Of a stretch of 64,000 nucleotides of DNA, positions 1-9,104 are shown piece by piece. A program made the position numbers and the translations under genes. Position 1 is the stretch's first letter, and each line of letters starts with the position of its first letter. Below the pieces are notes generated by a model, which saw only the letters and a program-made list of their open reading frames with translations, had not been told where the DNA came from and made no database searches. Source of the DNA: a virus (Duplodnaviria > Caudoviricetes); the IMG/VR virus record IMGVR_UViG_2877794441_000002, positions 2,912 to 66,911 of that record; one strand, 5' to 3'.

Positions 1-70
1 CGTCGATGATGTTCTCGGTTGCGCTGGCGCCGGTGGCCAGCAGCAGGAGGCAGAGGGCGAGGCGGGTCAT
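1..70 (-). CDS. Partial small exported protein (MTRLALCLLLLATGASATENIID...), runs off the window
   Basis: ATG at 70 overlaps the stop of 67..672; signal-peptide-like N-terminus. Confidence 0.55.
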   Translation of the reverse strand, partial: MTRLALCLLLLATGASATENIID

Positions 71-672
71 GGTGTCACCACTCGACGGCCCCACCAGCAC
101 GATGGCCCGTCGTCGGTGTCGTAGATGGCCAGGCAGAACCAGCCATCACCATCTGGCTTGCTGGGATCCCAGTAGCTGCAATCGGGGTCGCCAGACTCGA
201 AGTAGCGTTCTGCGATGTCCTCCGGTGCGTCGGTTTCGAGTTCGACTCGGACTACCTCAAGTCCCTGCTGAGCGACCCAATCCTTGCTTTTCTCTACGTC
301 GCCTTCATCGAAGTCGGGTAGGTCAGGGTGCTGGAACATGCCGTATTCATCACGGCGCACCACTGCCGGCCTGATCAGGCCTTGGCGGTCGAGGCGTTCG
401 ATCTCCGCGAGGATCAGCGCACCAGCCTTCACCAGGTCGCGGCGCCGATCTGCGCTTGGCTTGAATGTGCCCGGCCCCCAGGGCCAATCGTTGCTCATGG
501 TGCCAGGCTGCCCTGCCAGTCGTGCGTACACGCTCGCCGCTCTGGCCAGCTCGTCGTTGGCGTAGGCGTCATCGCGGCCCAACGAATGACCTTCATTGCT
601 GACCTGCCGCTGGCGCTCGAGCACTACATCCTGCGCCGCACGGTTGAGGGTGATTCCACTTTTCTCGGGCAT
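67..672 (-). CDS. Phage hypothetical protein
   Basis: 201-aa ORF; the DVVLERQRQV...RRDLVKAGALILAEIERLDR block is typical of phage early accessory proteins. Confidence 0.8.
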   Translation of the reverse strand: MPEKSGITLNRAAQDVVLERQRQVSNEGHSLGRDDAYANDELARAASVYARLAGQPGTMSNDWPWGPGTFKPSADRRRDLVKAGALILAEIERLDRQGLIRPAVVRRDEYGMFQHPDLPDFDEGDVEKSKDWVAQQGLEVVRVELETDAPEDIAERYFESGDPDCSYWDPSKPDGDGWFCLAIYDTDDGPSCWWGRRVVTP

Positions 673-736
673 GACGATTCCTTGGCCGCCATAACGCGGC
701 AGTGAATAGAGGGGAGAGGGTTTACAGCGGGGTGGA

Positions 737-748
737 GTACAAATGTGC
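737..748. promoter_or_regulatory. LexA2-type SOS box GTAC-AAAT-GTGC
   Basis: Exact match to the P. putida LexA2 consensus GTACN4GTGC, within the near-palindrome GAGTACAAATGTGCTC, intergenic upstream of 67..672. Confidence 0.65.
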
Positions 749-831
749 TCTGATTAAAAAACGTACAAAATCATGCGGGCTATGTTCTAGATCCGGTATT
801 CTCGGTTGTCACCAATCAAAGAGAGGTGGTT

Positions 832-993
832 ATGAAATATCGAATCAAAGAGTTGAAGCTGGATAACGACGTAACCGTCGAATACGTCGAATGCGTGAAG
901 CAAGAAGGAAGAGTCAGCGTTTGTCAGCTCATTTCCCTGTGGCGCTTTACCGAAGCGCAGATCCAATCAATACGCGCCAAGGGCACCATCTAG
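832..993 (+). CDS. 53-aa antisense moron (MKYRIKELKLDNDVTVEYVECVKQEGRVSVCQL...)
   Basis: GAGAGGTGG RBS just before ATG; below the ORF-track cutoff. Confidence 0.55.
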   Translation: MKYRIKELKLDNDVTVEYVECVKQEGRVSVCQLISLWRFTEAQIQSIRAKGTI

Positions 994-1424
994 ACATGTT
1001 GGCCGCCGACCAGCTCGGCTTGTCGTTGGTCGGCCGGCCACCCAAGATCCAGTAGCGGTCCTATGGGAATCAATGGCAGCCCAGTCTCTGCCGCATCCCG
1101 CACTGCCTCTTCTTTGGTCCACCAGAAGGCAGTACCAACCATCCAGGCTATAGGGTCTGGGTGGGGCAAAGCTGCTGCGCGCTTGTTCCACTCTTTTACT
1201 GCCTGGTCATAGCCTGGCTGGTCTTCGCATTCGTGCTGCTGAACTCCGACTGGCCCGCGAGCAAGGCAGGCTGAGTGCTCGTCAATTCGGCCCTGGCAGA
1301 TGACGACAGAGGCATCGCTGTCGAGCTGCTCAACGAAGGCGTCTTGCTGACCGCAGTGCGGACACGGGCTCAGCTGCGCGGCCATCTGTGTGTTGCTGGA
1401 TCGGTTTTCTGTGGGCATGGGCAT
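990..1424 (-). CDS. Lar-family restriction alleviation-like Zn-finger protein
   Basis: LSPCPHCG...VICQG...C...GP...AVKEWNKRA pattern. Confidence 0.7.
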   Translation of the reverse strand: MPMPTENRSSNTQMAAQLSPCPHCGQQDAFVEQLDSDASVVICQGRIDEHSACLARGPVGVQQHECEDQPGYDQAVKEWNKRAAALPHPDPIAWMVGTAFWWTKEEAVRDAAETGLPLIPIGPLLDLGWPADQRQAELVGGQHV

Positions 1425-1452
1425 ACCTCGCGTTTGCGATAAATTTTTAAGC

Positions 1453-1481
1453 TTTACGGAAAGGCTGGAAGCGCATAGAGT
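1453..1481 (+). promoter_or_regulatory. Sigma70 promoter
   Basis: TTTACG-17 bp-TAGAGT upstream of the small peptide ORF. Confidence 0.6.
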
Positions 1482-1640
1482 GCGCGAACCCTGAGTCTCC
1501 TTGATCAGTACGAGCGAAAGTCAACTTTGCGGGGCGCATCCGCATGGTGGGCCGCAGGCGGATTCGCCAGCGACGCGAGCACCTAGGTGGTTAGCCCCAT
1601 CTCTTTGCTCATACTTTGGACTCGACTACAGGAGGTTCTT

Positions 1641-1718
1641 ATGCAAATTGAGATTACCGTCAGGTTAGACCTGCAGATCTTGATCGTGCTGCTTAAGTGC
1701 GCATTGTTCTTGATCTAA
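1641..1718 (+). CDS. 25-aa hydrophobic peptide MQIEITVRLDLQILIVLLKCALFLI, type I toxin-like
   Basis: Perfect AGGAGG RBS, own promoter, ~150-nt leader, downstream hairpin. Confidence 0.6.
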   Translation: MQIEITVRLDLQILIVLLKCALFLI

Positions 1719-1726
1719 CGGTTGGC

Positions 1727-1765
1727 CCCGGGTTGTAGAGCCGCACCCGGGTTTACCTTCTTTCT
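1727..1765 (+). terminator. Probable intrinsic terminator
   Basis: CCCGGGT...ACCCGGG stem followed by a pyrimidine-rich tail. Confidence 0.5.
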
Positions 1766-1777
1766 TCCTGTAGTTGA

Positions 1778-3721
1778 TCACGCAGCTACAGCCCCGACCT
1801 CAGCGACCCTCCACGGGTCGTTTGCTCGCGCCAGCGCTGCCATCGGCGGAGGACTGACGCTGTTCCCGCACATATGCACTTGCTCGGTCTTGGTGAACGC
1901 CTTGCCGTCGGCACCCTTGTCGATGATGTAGCTGGCTGGGAAGCCTTGGGCGCGGTAGAGCTCGTGCGGCTGCAGCATGCGCAGGCAGATGGCGACGATC
2001 ACATAGGGCGTGCCCTTCACGAAGACGGTGACCAAGCCCAGGCGGTCCTTGGTGGTCACCGTTGGCGCCGGGGCGTCGCAGGCGCTGATGTTTTCCGTGC
2101 CGTAGTAGCTGATCAGGAACGCCGCGACGCGCAGGGCGCCTTCCTCGTGCTCCGGCGACAGCTTGTACTCGACAAGCGCGTGGTGCTCGGCGCCGGCGGT
2201 CATTGTCGGTACCAGGTCATCTACGGGACGGCCTACGCAGTTGCGCCGGAGCGTGGCCAGGCTGGCTGTCACGAGGCGCTGCTGGCTGCCGGTGTTGGTG
2301 ACCGTGGTCAGCGGCTCGTCCGCGCCCTTCGCTGGCGTGGTGTTGAATCCGCCGTTGGCCTGCTCGATGAAGGCTGTGCACACGCCCATGGCATGGGCCG
2401 CACCCGCGGGCCTCTTGTAGTTGCCGCCGCTCGTGATGGTCGGCACCGGATCGGTGATGGCTGCACCTTCACTGTTGAACCTGAATTTGACCAGGTGCGC
2501 CGATGCTAGCGCCCGGTGGCTTTGGGTCATCAGCGTTCCCATGGGCTGGTCAGCGGCTACTGGCTTACCGGCATACACCGGGCCACCGGGCCCGACCATC
2601 ACGGGGCTGGCCATCATCAGCTCGCCACGGTTGGTCGCAGTAACTGTTGGTAGTGGATCGCCCGGATCGTTCACTCGGTCGGCGCCCTGGTGTGTTGCTG
2701 GAAGAATCACCGGGCTTGCCATGGCAAACGACCCGCCGCGCGGCCAGGAGGTCACCGTGCGAAGTGGCTCATGCGCCGACTGGGCCAGTTCGCCCGACCA
2801 GTTGGCTATCGGCACGATGAAAGGCTGCGGGTTGTCCAGCACGAACTTCTTCATGCCCTTGGCCACGCGTCGCAGCGTTGCGGCTGCCAGCTCCTTCTTG
2901 CGACCAAAGATGCTCTTGCTCGGCACGCTCCAGTCAATGCAGTCGGCGGCGGTGCGCCACTTGTGCTGGCCCTTGGTTGGATGTTTGGCGTGGGTCGGCT
3001 CTGGCCACACGATGGGTTGCCCGTCGCAGCGAGCGATCATGAACAGCCGCTCCCGGCTGGTGGGAGCGCCGAAGTCGCATGCCTTGATGATCCGCCACTC
3101 CACCTGGTAGCCCATACCTTCGAGCAGGTGCACGAACCGGCGCCAGGTGATGCCGCGACGTTTCGGGTCGGGGACTAGGAACTGCTGCTGCACCGGCACG
3201 CGTTCGCCGATGGCAGCCACGGTGCCGTCCAGCTTCATCACCCGCCCGGTAGCCTTGTCGCGCTTGGCGATCAGCGGACCCCACTGCAGGATCTGCTTCA
3301 CGTTCTCCAGGCTGATCACCCGGGGCTTCTTCATGCCGGCCCACTTCAGGCCGATCCACGACAGATTGCGGATCTCGCGTTTGCGCGGTTGCCCGCCGGC
3401 CGCCTGGCTGTGGTGTGTGCAGTCCGGGCTCATGTGGAACCAGCCCACCGGCCGGCCCTGGCATTCCTCATCTGGGTCACCGTCGAAGACGTCGGTGGTG
3501 AAGTGGCGCGCTGCCGGGTGGTTAGCGGTGTGCATGCTAATGGCCGCCGGGCTGTGGTTCTTGGCGACTGTCACCGGCCGGCCCAGGCCCATCTCCAGCC
3601 CGGTACCGGCGCCGCCGCCACCGCAGAAGAAGTCCACCAGGATCTCGTCGTCTTGCGGATCGAAGCCAAGGCCGTACTGGGTTTTGAAGTCGAGCGGGTT
3701 CTTTTGCTGAAATGCAGACAT
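1778..3721 (-). CDS. DNA (cytosine-5) methyltransferase
   Basis: Motifs DFFCGGGG (I), SPDC (IV), ENV (VI), RERLF (VIII), CGNSV (X). Confidence 0.93.
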   Translation of the reverse strand: MSAFQQKNPLDFKTQYGLGFDPQDDEILVDFFCGGGGAGTGLEMGLGRPVTVAKNHSPAAISMHTANHPAARHFTTDVFDGDPDEECQGRPVGWFHMSPDCTHHSQAAGGQPRKREIRNLSWIGLKWAGMKKPRVISLENVKQILQWGPLIAKRDKATGRVMKLDGTVAAIGERVPVQQQFLVPDPKRRGITWRRFVHLLEGMGYQVEWRIIKACDFGAPTSRERLFMIARCDGQPIVWPEPTHAKHPTKGQHKWRTAADCIDWSVPSKSIFGRKKELAAATLRRVAKGMKKFVLDNPQPFIVPIANWSGELAQSAHEPLRTVTSWPRGGSFAMASPVILPATHQGADRVNDPGDPLPTVTATNRGELMMASPVMVGPGGPVYAGKPVAADQPMGTLMTQSHRALASAHLVKFRFNSEGAAITDPVPTITSGGNYKRPAGAAHAMGVCTAFIEQANGGFNTTPAKGADEPLTTVTNTGSQQRLVTASLATLRRNCVGRPVDDLVPTMTAGAEHHALVEYKLSPEHEEGALRVAAFLISYYGTENISACDAPAPTVTTKDRLGLVTVFVKGTPYVIVAICLRMLQPHELYRAQGFPASYIIDKGADGKAFTKTEQVHMCGNSVSPPPMAALARANDPWRVAEVGAVAA

Positions 3722-3890
3722 GGGCGCTCCTCGCCGTGCATGCGTGATAACTCACGAATTAAGGATGGTGCTAATTCGGCTCGGGTTGGTTTTTAACCGA
3801 AGGAGCCTTCGAGATACAGAGAGATTAATGTACAGTTCTGATTTTAGTTGATGTCTAAAAACTCCTGCGATATTTTGTTATTAAGCAGTC

Positions 3891-4493
3891 ATGGAGAGTT
3901 TAAGCATGTTTAGACGTCGGTTGTTGCTATGTTCATTTGCTGTGTTTGTAGGTGTCGTTCTTGCCATCATGGCCTGTTTCTTGAGTCGTTATTGGGCGGC
4001 TGCAGGATTTTTCGTAGCTGGTTTTTCACTGGCAGTTACGATCCTGCTACATGAGAACTGGTTAAGTCCTAGCTTCTGGCTCGCCCCTCTGCTCACAGCT
4101 GCGCTAACGTGCTTTTCAGTGGTTGATGCTATGTCGTCTAGCCATCTATTCAATCTGAAAGAGGCTGCTGCGCAAGCGGACTTCTTGCATGAACTGATTT
4201 GGCTACAGGCCAGCTCTCAATCTTTGACTCAGAAACAGCGTGCGTTGGTGGGGTCTGCATTTAGGGCATGTGCGATGCAGGGTGCTGAAGATCAGCTAGA
4301 TCTTGTGGGTAATGCGGGAAAAGCGATTTACTTTGGGCCGGTATTAACATTAGCCGATGGTGTTGCCTCTGCTCTGCCTAAAGAGCCTAAGCTACGCTGC
4401 CTCGACTACTACCAAGAGCTGAAAAAGACTAGGGCAGAACTTTTCCCAATTACGGCTGCGCGACATCCCTGGCTAAATGATCAATCTCAATAA
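3891..4493 (+). CDS. Membrane protein moron (N-terminal TM helices)
   Basis: Lower GC, antisense to the early operon, hydrophobic N-terminal third. Confidence 0.75.
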   Translation: MESLSMFRRRLLLCSFAVFVGVVLAIMACFLSRYWAAAGFFVAGFSLAVTILLHENWLSPSFWLAPLLTAALTCFSVVDAMSSSHLFNLKEAAAQADFLHELIWLQASSQSLTQKQRALVGSAFRACAMQGAEDQLDLVGNAGKAIYFGPVLTLADGVASALPKEPKLRCLDYYQELKKTRAELFPITAARHPWLNDQSQ

Positions 4494-5225
4494 CGGAATA
4501 CGACTCATGTGCATGGTGTATCCGGTGCGCTTCTCCAGGGCGACGTACTTAGCAAGCAGTGCTGGGTTATTCGCAGAGCCATTCACCAGGTCGTTCTTGC
4601 TGGCCATGATGCAAAACACGCAGCTGAGGCGTTCGTTGCCGAGCGCGTAGGCGTAGTGCGGTATCTGCCCTGCTGCTTCTATGATGCCGAACACCTCGAC
4701 CGTCGAAAGCTCGTGCACCGGCAGCCACTCGAACCAAGTGTTCACGCTATTGCTGATGCCCATGCGACTAAATGGCTGGCGCTTGGCTCTTCCGGGGGAC
4801 TCCTGTGCACGCATGTCCAAGCAGTTTACGATCACCTTGAAGCCATTTGCCTTCGCGTAACGTCGTACCTCGCGCTGGATCGGGCCCCGCTTGAGATCGC
4901 TGGTGCACTGGCGATGGCTCGCCGATGGCCAGCTCGGCACCTCAGGGCGACTCTCGAAGCGCCGCTCGACCATCTCGAACAAGGTCTTGCTGGCCTTGGC
5001 CACGATGAAGGCCAGGCCGGCGGCGGCGGCCTGATCGCGGGCCAGCTCCAGCGCGCCATGCCACTCCAGCTCACCTAGGGAGGCGTGCACGACGACGATC
5101 TGTGCCGGCGGGATGACCTCAAGAAGCTTGATCAGCTGGACTTGGGAGTCCTTCCCGCCTGAATGATTGGCGACAAACAGCGCGCCGGAGGCCGCCAAAG
5201 CCTCAACGTCTTTAGGTATTTGCAT
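4473..5225 (-). CDS. PAPS reductase-family (DndC-like PP-loop) protein
   Basis: SGGKDS PP-loop, QCTSDLKRGPI, MRAQES, RLSCVFC. Confidence 0.88.
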   Translation of the reverse strand: MQIPKDVEALAASGALFVANHSGGKDSQVQLIKLLEVIPPAQIVVVHASLGELEWHGALELARDQAAAAGLAFIVAKASKTLFEMVERRFESRPEVPSWPSASHRQCTSDLKRGPIQREVRRYAKANGFKVIVNCLDMRAQESPGRAKRQPFSRMGISNSVNTWFEWLPVHELSTVEVFGIIEAAGQIPHYAYALGNERLSCVFCIMASKNDLVNGSANNPALLAKYVALEKRTGYTMHMSRIPLLRLII

Positions 5226-5306
5226 TGATTCTCCGCGCGCCGCCCTCGCCGGGGAGGCGTTATCGTTGAATAGGGGTGATATGCTTCGCCGCTTACCAGA
5301 AGGAGA

Positions 5307-5510
5307 GTGGTGATGCGTTTGCGTGAGAGGCTTCGAACGTTCCAGCTATGGTTCAATCCGAAGCGCAGACGGTGGTCAGGCGTGATGCTGATCGCGCTTG
5401 GGGTGGTCGGGATGTTTCTCAACCCGGAAAGCCGGTGGACCTTGGTGTTAGGAACAGGGATCTATTGGTTCTTCACGGCTTTACCACCAGTACTTGGCGG
5501 CAAGCGCTAA
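5307..5510 (+). CDS. Small two-TM membrane protein moron
   Basis: AAGGAG RBS; two hydrophobic segments. Confidence 0.7.
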   Translation: MVMRLRERLRTFQLWFNPKRRRWSGVMLIALGVVGMFLNPESRWTLVLGTGIYWFFTALPPVLGGKR

Positions 5511-5615
5511 GGCACCGATAGCTGAAGTACGAGAACTTTGAACTTCTGAGAAGCCTGATGGCTCTGAGCCAGTCCCGCTAAGCACAGGGCAAGGCGGCCT
5601 CTCAGAGATTCAGTC

Positions 5616-5714
5616 ATGTTTTCGGAAGACTTCTACGGCGTGTTCCTGGTTGCCGAATCAGTATTGGCATTCACCGTGCTGGCAGTCGCATACCATTGGA
5701 ACCGAGGCGCTTAA
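5616..5714 (+). CDS. 32-aa single-TM peptide MFSEDFYGVFLVAESVLAFTVLAVAYHWNRGA
   Basis: Read from the sequence; weak RBS; conserved in the second copy. Confidence 0.4.
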   Translation: MFSEDFYGVFLVAESVLAFTVLAVAYHWNRGA

Positions 5715-5782
5715 GCCCTTAGGGTAATCCAAGATGAGGGCTCCCCTCTTTCGGGTGGTGGCATTTTGATGTCGTATCGTGT

Positions 5783-6073
5783 TTGATGCTGCACAGGCCT
5801 TCTATGGAGAGAACCGGAGTGCTGACTATTGGCGTGGTTGAAAGGATTAAGCAGGATCGTATCGCAATCTGGGTGGAGGAGCAGAGCGCCTACACCGTCA
5901 TTGCGTTGCAGTCGACTGCCCAGATCGAGCAGGGCGATGTCATGTGCTGGCGTGACCCCTCCTCTACGGGATCATGTAATTACTGGAACGCGACCAAAGG
6001 CTGGAATGCTGAGGTGAGCGTGCAGGCTCAGGATGTCGCGATTGATCTGCTAGGACAGCATCTCAACTGGTGA
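5783..6073 (+). CDS. Hypothetical moron protein
   Basis: ORF with GGAGAG RBS before an internal GTG. Confidence 0.65.
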   Translation: MMLHRPSMERTGVLTIGVVERIKQDRIAIWVEEQSAYTVIALQSTAQIEQGDVMCWRDPSSTGSCNYWNATKGWNAEVSVQAQDVAIDLLGQHLNW

Positions 6074-6269
6074 CATTGGCGTGTGCTGGAGTGTTCCAAT
6101 CCTGCCACCTACGGAGAAGCGTTGTCGTTGAATATGGGCAGGCGCTGGCGGGCGGCGCCGTCTGGGTGAATGTGGCAGGCAGGTGATATGCTTCGCCGCT
6201 CACCAAACAAGGATGGTGGTAATGGGGTTGCGAGATCGAGGAAGATCGCCAAGATCAGGAGCTGCCGCG

Positions 6270-6677
6270 ATGAAGACCCGAACGGCATCATTCATAGGGC
6301 TCGCGATTTGGATATCGTTTCTTTGGCTGGGAAAGCCATCTGCGTCGTTGATCAGCTATTCTGTGCCGTTTGGAATTGCTCTGATCGCCACAGGCCCCCT
6401 CGAACTGATCCCAGATCGTTGGCACAGGCTTAATTTCCTCGTCAATGCCCTGGCGACTGGATTCTTCTTTGTCAGCATCATGTTTGCGATAGTGGCAATC
6501 TCTTTCGCCCTGTCATTGAGCACAAGCGAGCGTTCGATTTTCTGCCTTGCTGGATGGGCAACGCTGTTGATTGTTTACCATTTCGCAATCCCTCGGCTGA
6601 AGCGGTCGCCTTTTTACCGACTCAGCGAGGATAGAGGGATGTACAGCCCTCCAACGAATGACGATAAACGGAACTGA
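6270..6677 (+). CDS. Four-TM membrane protein moron
   Basis: AGGAG RBS before MKTRT; four hydrophobic segments. Confidence 0.75.
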   Translation: MKTRTASFIGLAIWISFLWLGKPSASLISYSVPFGIALIATGPLELIPDRWHRLNFLVNALATGFFFVSIMFAIVAISFALSLSTSERSIFCLAGWATLLIVYHFAIPRLKRSPFYRLSEDRGMYSPPTNDDKRN

Positions 6678-6732
6678 GATCAGATAGGCCAATGCCTGAG
6701 CAGATTAGTCGCTGGCGGGCAGCGCCGGATGG

Positions 6733-7128
6733 TCAGGCTCGGCGCACCTTGAAGCCGAACATGCACTCGATGTCGTGGTACTCGCATCGCTCGTAGGCCT
6801 TGTACTTGGCCTGCGAGGGCGTGCTGGCGAAGACATCGACGATGGTTCGATTGGTGATGTCCCACCAGTCCCATCCGGCCACCAGCACCTGGTAGCGTTT
6901 AAGCGGCAGCTTCTCAGCCATTTCGCCGTACTGCATTTCCCAAGTCGGGTGGTAGTTGCGAATGCGCTTCTTCGGGTCGCTGTCGAGGATTACGCCGATG
7001 TACTGCCCGCGGTCGGCCATGATTACGCCAGGCTCGCCGTTTGCGATCACCCGGCGCCCAACCTCGGCAGGGACATCGTAGGAGCGACGAACGTAGTCGC
7101 AGTTGTAGTTGCTCATGGGGTCCTCCAT
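6733..7128 (-). CDS. Phage hypothetical protein
   Basis: Homologue at 59487-59882; phage codon usage. Confidence 0.8.
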   Translation of the reverse strand: MEDPMSNYNCDYVRRSYDVPAEVGRRVIANGEPGVIMADRGQYIGVILDSDPKKRIRNYHPTWEMQYGEMAEKLPLKRYQVLVAGWDWWDITNRTIVDVFASTPSQAKYKAYERCEYHDIECMFGFKVRRA

Positions 7129-7222
7129 GCATGTTTCGCCAATGGGGGCAATTACGCGATAGTGGCAATTTGATGTCTTTAGGAGTATTTGTTGTCTTCC
7201 AGCCCAACGAGATGAACCCCCG

Positions 7223-7444
7223 ATGGACCGCGAGCCAACAAACCAGGAAGTCGCAGCAGCTCTCGGAATTGATGAGGATCAGGTTGATAAGTACCGTCAG
7301 GAGGCTGTGCTATTGGGCGACGGATCCTGGCTTATCCACTTTTCCTACGACATGCCGCGAGAGCTGCGGCACAGCTTCACCGGTAGCTTCACGGCGATCG
7401 TCGAATGCGTTGCAACTTGTGTTGACGCCCGCTCAGTCGACTGA
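7223..7444 (+). CDS. Hypothetical moron protein
   Basis: 73-aa ORF filling the intergenic gap. Confidence 0.6.
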   Translation: MDREPTNQEVAAALGIDEDQVDKYRQEAVLLGDGSWLIHFSYDMPRELRHSFTGSFTAIVECVATCVDARSVD

Positions 7445-7467
7445 GGCTGGCGGGCAGCGAAGGACGG

Positions 7468-8229
7468 TCAGGCGGCTTTCGCTTCGGCCTGCTGAGCGAC
7501 GATCGCCTTGGCGGCGTGGTTGATCAGGTACAGCCGATTGATCAGGCTGTCCCGAGGCTTGTCGATGGTGATCTCCCAGTAGTCGCAGCCCAGGCCAAGC
7601 ACTTCGTGGTGCTCGCTCATGAGCATGCTGGCCTGTTCGACGCATTCGACGTGGTCGGCTTCGTACAGGCGATCATTCAGGGCGTCCCAGAAGTCGTGCC
7701 CGTCTTCGCCGTACTCGAACGCTGCGAGCCGATCCTTGACTAGGCTGCGCAACTCATCCCACCTGCCTGCTTCACCTACACCGCCGTCATTCCGCATCCA
7801 CTCGGGTAGGGCGGCGTACAGCTCGTCGTCATGGGTGTTTTCACAGATCTGGCTGCAGACTCCGGTTACCAGTGCTGCGCGGAAAGCTACCTCATCGAAC
7901 TCGCGCTCACGGCAATGCTCTTCGAGCTTCGAATGGATGTAGTAGCCGATGTCGTTCCCGGCCAGGAACTCGATGCCGTAGGACAAGCCGACGTTGAATG
8001 TCAGGCCATTGATGTCGCCGACGATGGCTATGCCGAAGCGGGTGATCAGGATGTCGAAGGCGTAACAGGTGGTGCCAGGGGACTTGCAGCGCCATACCTT
8101 CAGCTGATCGGTGTCAGCCAGCACGGTGTATTCGTGGTCCTTCAGGCACTCGGCGGCGCGTTCGCGGCGCTTGGCCTTTTCGGCTTTGCGCTGAGCGATC
8201 CATTCTTGGTGGCGTTGTTCGTCGTTCAT
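7468..8229 (-). CDS. Phage hypothetical protein
   Basis: Long ORF with GGAGAAAGCC RBS before MNDEQ. Confidence 0.8.
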   Translation of the reverse strand: MNDEQRHQEWIAQRKAEKAKRRERAAECLKDHEYTVLADTDQLKVWRCKSPGTTCYAFDILITRFGIAIVGDINGLTFNVGLSYGIEFLAGNDIGYYIHSKLEEHCREREFDEVAFRAALVTGVCSQICENTHDDELYAALPEWMRNDGGVGEAGRWDELRSLVKDRLAAFEYGEDGHDFWDALNDRLYEADHVECVEQASMLMSEHHEVLGLGCDYWEITIDKPRDSLINRLYLINHAAKAIVAQQAEAKAA

Positions 8230-8339
8230 GGCTTTCTCCATGCATGCGCCGCCCTCCGTGGCCGGATGCGGCATGGTGGCAATTCTAAAGAGGATGCAGT
8301 ATTAATCTTCATGCATCCCTCGGTTAAGGAATCACTATT

Positions 8340-9104
8340 GTGAGGCAGCATCCAACGCGTGAAGAAATTTCAAAGGTATTGGGCGAGCCTGTAGGGTTTG
8401 ATATTTCTGAAGCTGCCGCAAAACTTCGTAGAAATTTGATTCTGGTTTCTATGGTGGTTTTGGTTCTAATCCTTGGAGAAATCGAGGCAGGTTCGGAATT
8501 CTCAATTCTTGGAATCAAATTGACAGGGGTTACCCCGTTTAAGCTCATGGTCGGGCTCTCAATAGTTCTGGCATATACCTTGGCTCATTTTGTTTGGTAT
8601 TGCTATGAGCTCTACTCTGCATGGGTTATCCGGATTACAGGCACCAAGCTCGCATTTGTTACAGGTGCGAAATTAGGCGCAACAGGAGCAGACTATCCAG
8701 ATGATCCTAAGCAATCCACGCTATATACATGGTGGATTCAGGAGGCCCGATCAATGACCTCCTACTCTGATTTAGTCAAGCGCGTGGACGAAAGCATCCA
8801 TGAATTTAATGCGCATATTGATCAGTTAGAGAAACGCGATATGACATCCGCCGGAAGCGTTACCGCTTCTATTCAGGGCATGAAGCACACCCTGGAGCAG
8901 GTGCGAGGGGCGTTAAGCTCAACGGAGTCTGTAATCACAAATACGCGAATCCCAGAGTCTCTTGCCCGATTCGACAGGCGTTTCAGTCTTCTACTAAAGT
9001 CACAGAATTTGCGAACGCTAGTTGTAGAAGTTGGATTACCTATACTTTTGTCTCTAGCTGCTGCTTGCTACTTGGTACGATTTTTCATCCAGTACCAAGT
9101 ATAA
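8340..9104 (+). CDS. Low-GC membrane protein moron (TM-TM-coiled coil-TM)
   Basis: AT-rich relative to the flanks, antisense, hydrophobic termini. Confidence 0.8.
   Translation: MRQHPTREEISKVLGEPVGFDISEAAAKLRRNLILVSMVVLVLILGEIEAGSEFSILGIKLTGVTPFKLMVGLSIVLAYTLAHFVWYCYELYSAWVIRITGTKLAFVTGAKLGATGADYPDDPKQSTLYTWWIQEARSMTSYSDLVKRVDESIHEFNAHIDQLEKRDMTSAGSVTASIQGMKHTLEQVRGALSSTESVITNTRIPESLARFDRRFSLLLKSQNLRTLVVEVGLPILLSLAAACYLVRFFIQYQV

Noticed and set aside
4473-5225. Complete Dnd/Ssp phosphorothioation system or cysH
   Set aside because: No DndA/D/E, Ssp or sulfate assimilation genes nearby
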